A stretch of DNA of 61,878 bases, the filler included, from Circinaria calcarea (lineage: Eukaryota), in the NCBI GenBank assembly GCA_051942165.1. It is 13 parts of 13 records of this genome, joined end to end, with 100 filler letters (N's around TTAATTAATTAA, not from the genome) between each part and the next. Parts side by side here need not be neighbours in the genome. Positions count along the whole stretch, not along the records: positions 9,576 to 14,253 come from JAVECS010002226.1; positions 14,354 to 19,026 come from JAVECS010002227.1; positions 19,127 to 23,798 come from JAVECS010002228.1; positions 23,899 to 28,566 come from JAVECS010002229.1; 9 more parts are not named here. One strand, written 5' to 3'. The notes beneath the pieces are model-generated. The model was not told where the DNA came from. It saw only the letters and a list, made by a program, of their open reading frames with translations, and did not search any database. This document shows, piece after piece, positions 12,880 through 24,501 of this stretch (positions are counted from its first letter, which is position 1; the number at the start of each line of letters is the position of its first letter). The position numbers were made by a program, and so were the translations under genes.

Positions 12880-13940
12880 GCTCTTAATTCCCTCACCACC
12901 CCTTCGCACTACCTCATCCAGGTCCTCCCCTCCCAGACCCAATTTCTCAGTCGCCACTTCCCGGCCATGGGACTGGTCTCCCAGGCCCCCGTTTAAACGT
13001 GCACCCATACAGGACACCGATCATGCCCCACCGGTCCCTGCTTGGCAAATTTGTCCCGCCCTTCCTGGATGAATTCATCCACGGGGATATGCGTGACCGT
13101 CTATTCGGGCGGTGATGTGCTCGGCGGCCAGCGTGTCGTTTTGGCTGACGGAGAACGAGGTCCTATAGATGTACTTGTTCTTATAATCCGAGAGCGATGG
13201 CGAGGAGGGAGAAAAGGAGGAGGAAGAGAAGGAGTGTATTGGGAGACTAAGGAGCCGTGCGATGGCACGACCGATTTGAGGGACAGTGGTCGTGGTGATG
13301 GCGTTGGTGCCGTGGTCGTAAATTTCCGCTCTGTGACCCGGGATGCCGATGTCGAAGAATCCACCTCTCAGGCTCTATGTGAAACGATTACGGGGTTAGC
13401 GAATAAGCTGTGATGGGACCGGGAGGCGCGAGGCCGTTAGACAAAGTCGGACCAGAGGTTACTGGCTACCCCAATCCAGCTGCTCCGACCGAGCTCTTCA
13501 ATCTCCCTTTGATGTTTTGCTTTGGCCCCGATGATGGCACCGCATTGGCGAGCTCTGCATTGGCCCAATCCTGTCCGTATTCATTTAGGGGAAACCCTCA
13601 CGGGACGCCAGCTCTGGCGGCGGCCTTGCTCGATCGCTCTGGACGTCCGGAGCCGTTGTCACCGCCAAAGTGATGATGGGCACATTTGGCTTTGCAGGAC
13701 CGATCCTAGCAACTCGGCCGACTTGTGGTCGCCCTTCTTTGCCATGACCTCGGGCGCAAAGGTGGTGCTGGAGTCTTTGACGGGAGAGAGCCGTCACGTT
13801 GAAGATGCCCGCTTGAAGCAAACTTTTGAGGATCTCGCCGCCTACCAAAGCCCCTTCCCTGAATGCGGATTAGCTTCTTCTCTCCCGGGGTACTTACTTC
13901 CAACAACTGCGATATTTTTAACGTGATTATATGAAGACAA
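12880..13940 (-). pseudogene. NmrA/isoflavone-reductase-like (CipA-type) oxidoreductase pseudogene
   Basis: TTG in place of the start codon, SSYNHVKNIAVVG, intron, VGGEILKSLLQAGIFNVTALSR, AAARAGVP, NEYGQD, IEELGRSSWIGVASNLW, TTVPQIGRAIARLLSLPI, LSDYKNKYIY..SFSVSQ, EKLGLGGEDLDEVV; motifs lie in shifting frames. Confidence 0.82.
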
Positions 13941-14607
13941 TTTATTTTCCACTTGTGGCGATTCTACTCATACTTTATTATCGGCTGGGAATAATACTGT
14001 ATAACTACCAAAGCATATATCATAGCAAAAGGGGCTATATAGCCTCATCTAGAAACGGGGGGATTTGATTTTACTACCGTATAATTCCGCTACTTTGTCG
14101 CGCGTTAATCCCGAGGAGATCTTTTTATTGTAATCGGAACCGGATACTACCTTCCCCCAAGGAAGTGAGGTTGGATTGTTTCCCATCTCCTTGCTGAATC
14201 ACAGGCTTACTCCGACATATCTCTCTCGGTGCCCCCCTTCATGACCCCTCCGTNNNNNNNNNNNNNNNNNNNNNNNNNNNNNNNNNNNNNNNNNNNNTTA
14301 ATTAATTAANNNNNNNNNNNNNNNNNNNNNNNNNNNNNNNNNNNNNNNNNNNNCCGCCTGGCTTTACATAGCTCCATTGTACATCCACAACGGAGCTATG
14401 TTATGCTAGTGGACCTAGTGTGGCCAATACGAATGCACAGTTTCTGCCAGCTTTCCCCCCGTGCTTTACAGCATCGGGCTTAGCCCATCGGTGCCGTGCT
14501 CCCGAGCATAACAAATATCTAGCAAAAAAAAAACCAAACCCTCCAAATGTCTTCTTGTTGCCAGTTATCATCCAATTCATATACATTCGCTGTTGTCACT
14601 GGTCACA

Positions 14608-15337
14608 ATATCTACAGGCGTTGGAATGAGCTCTCGCTGCCTGTCAGGTACAATCCATGAGGGAACTCCAGTGGGCTATGTTGAGATCATTGGAGGCCTC
14701 AATACCTATGTATCCGAGCCTAATAATAAATCAAAAGCCAAGGCAATCATCTTTCTGGTCGATAGCACGTAGTCTATTCTTCATCTCCCCAGACGATGCT
14801 ACTGAGCTGATCAACCGTCCCACAGTATTCGCTGGGAGTTCAAGAATGTCCGCCTACTAGCTGAAAATTACGCAAAAGCCGGCTTCTACGCTTACATCCC
14901 AGATGTCCACCAAGGCGACTTGCTTCCTATCGAGTTTCTTCAGAGCGTTGAACCGCCTTTGAAAGACAGGGAGCAGGCCGGCATGGTGGACAGGGCCAAG
15001 AGCATGGCCACAGTCGCAACGACGTTGCCGCCATGGCTGCTGAAGCATCGCGAAGGAGTTGCGAAGTCACTCATTGATGGCTTCATCAACGCCGTGAGGA
15101 TGATCCCAGGGACGGATAAGGTAGGTGCCATTGGTTTGTGCTGTAAGCATTGCCGTTCTGGATAATCGAACAAAAAGTGACTTGGCAACAGAGGGCGGGA
15201 GTTATGCAATTCTCGAGGCGTATGGCCCGAACAAAAATGGTGAGGGAGCGGCCATTGGAGGTGTGGACGCAGCGGTTGCTTGTCATCCTTCTCTCGTCTC
15301 CATCCCTGCCGATTTCGAACCCGTCACGAAACCGTGA
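14608..15337 (+). pseudogene. Dienelactone hydrolase family pseudogene (3' truncated)
   Basis: MSSRCLSGTIHEGTPVG..IGGLNTYV..IIFLVD, intron, a 1-nt deletion in IF(G)WEFKNVRLLAENYAKAGF, KVGAIGLC; splicing 15143-15191 gives TAG where GFCWGG has Trp; AVACHPSL; coding similarity ends at VTKP*. Confidence 0.85.
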
Positions 15338-15720
15338 TTTTCCGTTGAGCCGTTGGGTACTAAGCGGAAGCTTAGTGGGGGCTATGGTTAGAGCGAAGCG
15401 CGCGTTTAATCAACGCTATTTCTTCACAATCTTTTTTATATGCTTTAATCATAACATCGCGTGTTTTTCGGCTGGTTCAGTAAAGCCGGTTTTTATAAGG
15501 CGGGAGTAAAGGTAAAGAGTATCAAGCAGAGATATAGGGTAAGAATGCGAGTTTTAAATAATATAGTCTCTGTAAATAAAAGGTGTTGACCCGGAGCAGC
15601 CGAATACGCTTAATTATAAATTATACTTTCGGGTAATAGCTCGCTTGGTATTTTACCGGACGGACCCCCCCCCCCCCGAGCTTAAGCGACGACACACCCC
15701 CTAGACACGGGGGAACAGAG
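15338..15720. mobile_element. AT-rich, RIP-like degenerate repeat remnant (tentative)
   Basis: Abrupt change to TpA-rich sequence exactly where the hydrolase pseudogene stops; long C-tract; no TIR pair or ORF confirmed. Confidence 0.3.
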
Positions 15721-16651
15721 TCGAAGGGATAAAAGAGATCCAATAGGCAATGCACCTACTTTTCTGATGGAAATCTCTCATTATTTACTTCATAACGGCG
15801 TTACAATGTCAAAATGCCCACTCAGGTTCATCACACCTTTGCATTTTCGTCCTGCTTTCTTTGCCACGACAGAGCACAAATTTCTCGGACCTCAATATCA
15901 ATCCGAAATAGCTGGGACCACTCGGCTGAGAAAATGGACCCTTTGGGTTGGACTTGAGACAGAGGAACAATGGACGGGGAGGTATTTTGAGTAGGGAGAA
16001 ATGTTAAGGCGCTCGGATATTATCATGTAGTTAAGAGGTCTTGATCTGTATGAGAAATGCGAGGTTGGGGAAGGATTGGATGGCTTGTGCGAGGAGTCGA
16101 AGCAGGGGGTGTAGTGAGCTTCGGAAAGATGACATGGTAGTCATTACAGACAGTCATGAATCTATGAGTTTGGTATTTCTTCTCGAGACCGCTTAGCACT
16201 CCTTTTCTTGGGCCTCCGTTTTGAGTCTGTGAAAAATAAAGATAGGAGAAAACGGGGTAGGAGGTTTGGTTGTTAATAGGAGGAGAACAATCCAATGGTC
16301 CGTCACTTTACTTAGGTGGTCCTGATATTGCCACTGTGGCTGACAGGGCTCTACTTCTCGTCTTTATGTCGGGGTTGAATTGTGGTTCAAGCTGGAAGTA
16401 GGGATCAGATGCGGTGTCAAGGGACGTTGTCCACCCATTGCGTAGTATGTAACATCCTGCAGGTACTAAAGGACCGCCTTAATCAATATGCCTATAAGAT
16501 ATACTCGGTGGTCCTGGGTTCACTAGAGTCTAGCCTTAGTTGTATTACTCATTTATCCATGCCTTTTACTCCTCTAGTCATGAACATACCTCCGGTACGG
16601 CGTGACTGAGATTGCTGACTTGACGTTTCCCAGACTATGACACACTGTATC

Positions 16652-17335
16652 CTAATCAAAGTATCGGGGTTTCACGTCGAACCCGGCGTTTGCAAGGGCG
16701 TCGGCCTCTTTGTTCTGCGACCTCGGAACGTGCCAGAATAATACTTCCACACCATGTTGGTTGAGCTTAGTCACCATCTGGTTGACGTCTTGGAACAGAT
16801 CGGCATTGGTAACGGGGACCCCCTTGGACGTCTTGTAACCATTCGTCTCCCACTTGAAAATCCACTCCGTCATGCCCTTGACTACGTACTCGGAATCCGC
16901 TTTGATGACTATCTGGCTCAAGTGCTCCATCTCGTGGACTTTGACCGCTATTGCAGTCGCAAGAGCCCTCAAACAGGCTCTGAGCTCGGCTTTCTGATTT
17001 GACGGTGTGGGATCGTACACCGGGGTGCTGCTGTTCCATGAGGAGTCCTTGGCAAAATACACCCCAATAGCCGACAGAGCTTTGGTAGTACCATTACCCC
17101 TACAAGCACCATCAACGGCAATAATTAGACTGTCTGTATGTCTTTGCAGTCGACCGCAGTCCTCGCAAGGGTCCTCCATGTCGCAGGGAACGAACGTCCG
17201 CTCGCCTCGCAGGTCTTCATAGTCTGTCGAGTCCAGCTCAAAGCCTACGCCATAAAGCTCAGCGGGACGAAATTTCCTGTCGGCTACCCTTGGGCGAGTC
17301 GCGTCGCAGCCAGAGGTATGATATCTGATGCCCAT
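16652..17335 (-). CDS. Stand-alone ribonuclease H1-like protein without hybrid-binding domain
   Basis: IAVDGACRGNG, SAIGVYF, PSNQKAEL, IKADSEYVVKGMTEWIFKW..NG, V.NADLF, FWHVPRSQNKEADALA: all four catalytic acidic residues present; ATG at 17335. Confidence 0.9.
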   Translation of the reverse strand: MGIRYHTSGCDATRPRVADRKFRPAELYGVGFELDSTDYEDLRGERTFVPCDMEDPCEDCGRLQRHTDSLIIAVDGACRGNGTTKALSAIGVYFAKDSSWNSSTPVYDPTPSNQKAELRACLRALATAIAVKVHEMEHLSQIVIKADSEYVVKGMTEWIFKWETNGYKTSKGVPVTNADLFQDVNQMVTKLNQHGVEVLFWHVPRSQNKEADALANAGFDVKPRYFD

Positions 17336-18573
17336 GGTCCTGTTAGAGACTCTTCCCCAGAATGATGGGCTAACCAAATGCTTTTTATGTTATGACAGGG
17401 ACGCCTCCAATCAAAGGAACCCTAAAGGTTGCCAATGAGCTAATCGCATAAGTGGGAGGAGTGATTAGAGGACTCTTACAGCTGGTGTCGCAAAGCTATG
17501 TTGACAACTAGGAGCAAAAATCTCTCCGAACCTCCAGAAACATTCAATCCAGCAGTCTACACCTGACAGACAACAGAGGAGCGGATGCCCCGTCTGCAGC
17601 GATGGCTCAGGACCGCTCCTCGAAGGTGGAGTCGAGGGGAAATGGTAGCTGCAGAAGGAGCGGACCTCGTTATTGTATGGCTGAGATGGAAAGCTGATGA
17701 AGAGAGAAGAACCCTCGGGGGGGAAACAACGACAGCAACGCCCATCCCGCCTACCCCATTACAAAATTACGTAGTGTACTTGGCTCGTTCTGCCATGATA
17801 ATAGCCGTTTAGCACCACGCTAAAATCCTTACAACGGAGTGTTGTCATATATTGCAATTTACACGATTGCCCATTTCGCTTTTTCACCGCCGCATGCTTT
17901 CTACTGCTCCAATATGAAGACAAAGCTCTTTGGGGACACGATAAGAAAAGCAGTAAGGGAAGTATAGGATGCTGTCATGGAAGAGAAGTTACATGATCTG
18001 ATTGGATCAATGCATACTCGCTGTCTGCCAGTTATTAATATCCGATGGGCTGCAAACCAAAATTTTAGCAACAACGCTATTTCTGACAGCAAGCCCGGGA
18101 AGCTTTAACCATATAGAGTAATGATCTACTAGCGTAATGCTAACAGCTGTTATCACTGCAGACGAGGAAACTTTAAATTTCTTTTGAGTAGGGCTGAGCG
18201 TAAAACTAGGCGAAGATGATTACTCAAAATAAAACTGCTTCGTATAAAATTCGACCCTAATTGTCCTGTCGAAAAGGAGAACATCTGTATTCAATAGTAG
18301 GCAGGATTTGTTTCATGGCCATGAAACTGGCATATCTAGATGCTATGTTTCAATTATGAGTTTCGATCCATCTAGACAGTCTACAGCTAACTAAGGCGAA
18401 AAGGTATCTGGTAATTCCAACCCACCACCCATCACGCCTTTTTCCAGCACTTGGTCAAGCGGCACTTTTCTCTCTTCTTTTCACTTTTACTAGTAGTCAG
18501 AAACTTCCTGGGACGCACACATCAACATAAGAGGTAAGTTTTTGAATCCCGACATGAGTCATTCAAACGGTAA

Positions 18574-19026
18574 TCAGTCATACTGAAAAAGCACGCTAAT
18601 ACTCTCTCCGTAATGGACTCTTCGAATGGCCTTGTGAAATGTTAACTCAAACTCCTCCTTCACAGGAAGCAAGCCAGGCCGTTGATACTTACCTCAGCGA
18701 ACACCGGTCCAATTTCCAACACCTCCAGTTTCGGACAACGCTTTTTATGGTCCTCCTGCGGCACGCTATTGGTCACGACAACTTTGTCCAGATCACTCGA
18801 GTTAATCCTGTCGATTGCATCTCCGCTCAGTATTCCATGCGTAAGCAGTGCGTAAACCTTGGTGGCCCCTTCTCGCTTGAGAAGCCTTGCGGCGCGAGTG
18901 ATGGTATTGGAGGTATCTGCCAAGTCATCAATGAGAATGGCAGTCCGGCCAGCGACATCTCCAACTAGCATCATAGTAGCGGTCTGACGGTCAGTGATCT
19001 TGGTAGGTCGACGTTCCTATCACCGC
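18574..19026 (-). CDS. Ribose-phosphate pyrophosphokinase (PRS family), 3' fragment
   Basis: ERRPTKITDRQTATMMLVGDV..AILIDDLADTSNTI..THGILSGDA..VVTNSVPQ, intron, AIRRVHYGESISVLFQYD*. Confidence 0.93.
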
Positions 19027-19126
19027 NNNNNNNNNNNNNNNNNNNNNNNNNNNNNNNNNNNNNNNNNNNNTTAATTAATTAANNNNNNNNNNNNNNNNNN
19101 NNNNNNNNNNNNNNNNNNNNNNNNNN

Positions 19127-20770
19127 TCAATCTCGTATCCGCCAAAATTGATGCACTTGATTTTGCTGGGTGGTCCTGATACTTTTTGAGACACTCGACC
19201 TTTCGTCTCCCCCTCCGCCTCGGCTGTGGCTGTTTTCAGCTTCCATTCATCCTCAGCCTTTTGCCGAGCGTCTTCAAAGCGAGCCCGATCGGCTGCTAGG
19301 GGTAGCGTTTTCGAGGTGTCTGCGTCCGTTTCGGGGAGGATCCCACCATATGGTTTGGACTTGAGTTCATCATTTTCACGTTCATGGAAGGAATAGAAGG
19401 GAGTGGCATAATGTGAAGAGTTCGAGGTAGCAAAACGAGGGTGCGGAGTTGTGGTAGCTACGGCTGCAGGAGGTCGACGTCGCTTTTTCTTGGGCTCTGA
19501 GTCCTTGACTTTCGGAACATTCAATGCAAATGCCACCACCAAGCTCTCGGAGTTTTGTCGGACAATTCGGAGACTATTGCCTTTTTTAGGTTCTTTCTTG
19601 GGTCTTCGTGGCCTTGCCGGCCTCGAAGCTTTTTGTTCTTTCGGCGCAACCTCTGCAATCTCTACTTTACCATTCTCGACCGCGATAACATCTTCGACTA
19701 TTTCTTCAACTCGGTCTTCCTGATTATGTTCAGCCGATAGTGATGGCAATGGCGACCTTGAATCTTCCGATCCTGAGGAAAGGCTCCGTAGCCGCTTTCG
19801 TCGCCTACTTGAGGTTTTGGATTGTGCATCGACTTCATCGGAAGATGCTTTACGTTTCCGTAGCGACCTAGACCCATCCAACGGATCGTCGTCAAGGATG
19901 AGATTATTGAAGACTGAGTGAGACCCCGGCCTTGATGCCCCTCGTTGAGCAGGTAGAAGATCTCTGGTAAACTTCGAGGCAGATGATCGACGACGTGAGA
20001 CGGCTTCTTCAGTATTGTCTGGTTCAAGGGAATTAACAACGCAGTCAGGGCATCTCCACTTTTCTGTATCGTCGTCGGTGGTGAGTGACTTTGCATCTCG
20101 GGCACATTGCCGATGGGCTGCACCTCTGTTAGCAGTGCTCGAGGAAAAGTCATGCAAGCTAAGAAAACAAATTATGATGCTGGAAATGCCAACACGTCAA
20201 CTTACAATTATCTCCGCAAACCGCGCAGGCCATGTATTCTTCAAATTCTTCGCAAGGGTCATTTTCTTCATCTTGCCCACAAAAACTGTTATATTTATCA
20301 ACAGCGATTCACGCATTCTTGCATCTTCCATGCACTTACACGCAGTTATTTCGATTTGCAACTTCGCCTTCTGCTTCTTCGCCCCCTTCACTGTCGCCTT
20401 CCCATTCCGCGCCGTTGGCAGATTCTGCCTCACTTGAGCTTTTGTTTGGCTCATCGTCTACGTCGATGCTGGTCTCTGATATGTCGATAACAGCGTCTTC
20501 GTCACTATCCAACGTTTCTCCTTTCGGAATCTTGACTGCTCCAACGCCATGTTCTTCATCGTCATCTTCCTCATCGTTTTCCGGCTCTTCAGCAATGGGC
20601 TCTATATCTGAACCCTCGGCATCCTCAGAAAGCTCCTCCACTACCCCACGGGACACATCATAGTAGACTTCGGGGTCATCCTCTCCTTCAGCATCAACGT
20701 CGCTACCAGCCGCGTCATATGCAACATCATCCATCGCGCGTTCGAGCTGAGCGGGCGCCACCGCCGCCAT
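19127..20770 (-). CDS. SAS3: MYST-family histone acetyltransferase (SAS3-type) with N-terminal PHD finger, 5' part
   Basis: Acidic N-terminus, spliced PHD (C..ACAVCGDN/HRQCAR..WRCPDC), KPYGGIL..DTSKTLP, SGPPSKIKCINFGGYEI leading into the MYST domain at the linker. Confidence 0.82.
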
Positions 20771-21423
20771 TGTGTATGTAACCGTAGTCGCCAGCGTGAC
20801 AATTTATCCACGACCACCTTCTGACTTGGCTCGTATAGTTGAAGTTATGAGACTGCTAGCTCAATAATTAAAGGCTGTAGTCGTTGAAAGGTGAATTTAG
20901 GACAGGCGTCCCTGCATCGAAAGGTCCGTGAATATAAGCGCAACAGGAGAGTAGTGATATCGAAGTGTCTAGAGTAGCGCGTGAATATCAGAGTCAATTC
21001 AGATGACTGTAAAGCTTCTCTCAGTGCCTATAGCATTTACAGTCAGTTCATACTCTCCGGGGCAATCGCGCGAAGGGCAAGCCTTACGAGTCTAAGTAGG
21101 AGACTTTAGGGTGATTTTCACGATCGCCCAGTAATACGCTGTCGTCCCGACGCGTGAAATGTTCGGCAAAGGACATTAGATACGTTGTAGCTCATTGCTG
21201 GCCATTCGAGATGCGCTCCTAGACCAAGTAGGAGGTTGAACACCCTGAGCCTCGCTTATTTTCTCCCAAGGCGATCGGCGAATACCTACGGAGTAACCTC
21301 ACCTGGACTGCGATCTTTTAGCATCCACCACAGTTTACATTAGATAGTGATATAAGTATGCGCTGAGGTCCTCATTTGTTTTCGATAGATGCTAATGACT
21401 GTTGCAGATCGTTCGACGGCACG

Positions 21424-21890
21424 ATGGGTGTCCCCTTCGAGGCTTTGATTCCCTATGCGATCATGCTCGGGGTGCGCCAACCAAGCAGAGTTCTACATAC
21501 AATTGTCTATTAACCACCAAGCTAGATGTTCGGTTTTACTGGAGCAGGACTCTCTAAAATACGACATATGCAAAATGGAGGGAAGCGCGCGCGACATTCA
21601 ATAGATCAATGGGATAGAGTACGCTGCTTCAGCCCCGCCTGAACTATACCTTGCTGACCTGCGACATAGCAAAGTACAACACTCTCACACATGTAAATTG
21701 GAACTGAGAAGACTGATAGAGGTCTTAGTGATGGATCGGGACAGACGGTTGACAGGATATTTACGTGGACAAACCGATACTGTGGAGGCACCTGTGGGGT
21801 TTGAATTGAATAACCCGTGGAGGGCAAGTCTTTACTTTGAAACCACGATCCTACGCTGACCGGCACAAGGTTGAGAAACGCTTCTTCTAA
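21424..21890 (+). CDS. NDUFA1: NADH:ubiquinone oxidoreductase MWFE subunit (NDUFA1); missed by the ORF track
   Basis: Exons 21424-21471, 21526-21618, 21670-21673, 21729-21823 and 21870-21890 give MGVPFEALIPYAIMLGMFGFTGAGLSKIRHMQNGGKRARHSIDQWDRQMMDRDRRLTGYLRGQTD..FELNNPWRVEKRFF*; probable 5'UTR intron 21356-21407. Confidence 0.92.
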
Positions 21891-21967
21891 GAAAGCATGG
21901 ATACATCAGGCGAAGAGCCCAATTGGCTCAGAGCTTCTATTCGACACGGGAATGGCACCATGTTCTA

Positions 21968-22986
21968 TTACCCATGGGGCAATTCGGTTACCAGGCCTGC
22001 TATGCCTCTCCTGTCATCTTCGCTGAGATCGATAGAGAAATGCTCTTTCAATGCGATTATTCTCTCGTCCTCAGTGCTGCAAGTTTTCAACCCCACTTCG
22101 TCTTCCTTATATCTCCTTTTCACTTCACCGCCTACCAGTGTTATGACACCAACAACTTCTTCCTTCTCCAATACCATCATCACCACTGCTATCTTATGTG
22201 TGAACCAGGCCTTCCGGCTTTGGCTCGTCCAAAAGCTCATGATCTCGTAGTCTTGAGGGAGGAATTCCAATCCCGTAAAGCAGTAGTTTGACTTCCAGGC
22301 ATCTTCAGAGTTTTTTCGGAATTGGAATATCCATAGCCTTTGGTTGGGGTCGCTATTGCCCTCTATGTTTTCGTACGCCAAACGCACCTGGTGTGGCGGG
22401 ATCCCCGGGGAGACTTCATTAGCTTTGAGCGGTAATGGTTGAATGGGACCACCGCCACCAAATCCAACGTCAACTAAGTACTTGTTTCCGTTGGTAGCCA
22501 GAACAATATTGACCATATGACTCCTATCGCGAGTTATAATATGATCCTTCATCATACAAGTTGGGCGCAGTACCATCCTAGATAACCACTGCTGTCATGT
22601 GACCCAGCTGCCGCTTCACTAACCCTAGCACCAGCACTGTAAAGGCTGAATCCAAGACTGCGGAGGACTGTGCCAAAGAAGCAGTTGTTCTCCATGCAGT
22701 ATCCACCGCGACGTCTAGTTACAATCTTTGCATATAGAAACCCGGGATCCAGATCAATTGTGTGTGTAGGGGAGTAGTGAATGGATAGATTCTCAAACGG
22801 AACGGCTGCAAGCTGGTGCTTTTGAAGGGCGGTGAGAAATTCCAAGTCCCTCTGTGCATTGTTGTTCCTCCCAACCTCATAGGATAGATCTCTGTGTCTG
22901 GCCGGGAGAGATATCCGCTCGAAGTAAGACTCCAGCTGCGAACTGGTATATGTGTGACTCCCTTTCGTAGCCATCTTGAAGACCAT
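21968..22986 (-). CDS. Arylamine N-acetyltransferase
   Basis: VPFENL, RRRGGYCMENN (catalytic Cys), GW|SHMVNIV (His, split by an intron), YLVDVGFG (Asp); start at 22986 or 22974. Confidence 0.93.
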
Positions 22987-23199
22987 ATGACAAACTTTGA
23001 GTCATATCTGTTAAGCGCACAAAATCACATCGGAAAAGTTTCTCACTTGTAATAAATAAGCATGACCTATCTGTGGCAACGTCTGAATTGTTTGCCAGAA
23101 AAAAAGTCCCTTACAGCTAAATATCTTACGAATATCAAGGTATTGGGATCTTTCTTCTAAGGGAGGGATCCTTTACTTTTCCTGCCATACCTCTAGATT

Positions 23200-23798
23200 A
23201 TGCCCTTTTGTCTAGGTTCGCTCCCATCCGAACTGCTCATAAATATAATTACCCATATAGACATTGCGAGAACATTACTACATCTAGCTCTCACTTGTAA
23301 ACGTCTGCATGCGTTGATAGAAAGAGATGGATTCCGAATTTTTGTTCAAACGCGCTTCCCCTCTATCCAACCGCCACCCTGCTGGAAAGATGCAGCGCTT
23401 GCTCTTACTAATTCATCAAGAGCATGGGACAGAAAGGCGTTCGTTACAAGGCGTATCAAGCCCGAGGGGAATGTTGTTCGACTGCCTCGAGGATTCCAGA
23501 GGCCAAATCCAAGATCGCGGCGAAGGGGCCAGACTATGGGATATCAACCTGTGATTGATAGCTACGATGAACAGATCGGTCACTCTTGGGCATCTAGAAG
23601 AGAGGTACTTGCTTGGGGAGCAGGCGCTGAGTTGATAGTACGGATCACGGGTATGGGCGATGAAGTAGAAGAATCAGGGCAGCAGGCGTCAACCAACAGC
23701 GAAAAGACATATTTGAGAGGAGCAAGAGCGTCGATGAAGGGCAAGCCAAATGGTCGTTCAACTATTTGGTTGACCTACAAGGAAAACTGGCACACCGA
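23200..23798 (+). CDS. F-box domain protein, 5' fragment
   Basis: N-terminal LGSLPSELLINII..LLHLALTCKRLH F-box pattern; open to the linker. Confidence 0.8.
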
Positions 23799-23898
23799 NN
23801 NNNNNNNNNNNNNNNNNNNNNNNNNNNNNNNNNNNNNNNNNNTTAATTAATTAANNNNNNNNNNNNNNNNNNNNNNNNNNNNNNNNNNNNNNNNNNNN

Positions 23899-24501
23899 TG
23901 TCATGTCATCTGACGCGGTAAGAACAAAGGGCTGCGTGGGATGAACGACTATAGCCCGGATATAGTCAGGGTGCGCTTCGAAGGAGGTGATCTTTTCGGA
24001 GGTATTGTAGTTGTAGACTCGAAGTTGAAAGTCATCCGAACCACAGACAATCCAGTTTTTGCGTGCGATGAAGCGGCCGGCTCGTACGGGGACATCTGCA
24101 AGCTCAAATGACTTGACAATGGCCTAGTAGCGTCAGTAAAAATTCCTGCACGGATGCTTGACAATGCTACCTGTGTTTCAAACGACCATATATTGACATG
24201 TCCTGGTGAACAGAAGTGATCAGTTCGGTGCTCATTGAGGTTCTCTCTACCGAGGCGCGGTGGCTCCCATACCGCTGTAGAGTGTTGTCAAAATCTAGGC
24301 AAAGTAAGCCAGAGATACCAAGCAACATTGCTCCCAGCAAACTAACCCATGGCTCGGTAGGGTGAAAGTCGATACCTTTGACCCTCTCGGACCTGGCAAG
24401 GAGCTGCCTCTGTGGTTGACGCATTCATCAGCACATTCTCCATATTTATACACGTTCTCAGGACAATCGAACCCATTACGTACTTTTACGTCTAACCGCA
24501 T
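23899..24501 (-). CDS. SEC27: Coatomer subunit beta', 5' fragment
   Basis: Spliced [93 protein letters not shown]. Confidence 0.95.

Noticed and set aside
16652..17335. RNase H as part of an LTR or LINE retrotransposon
   Set aside because: No reverse transcriptase, integrase, gag, LTR or poly(A) tail nearby; it looks like a cellular gene.
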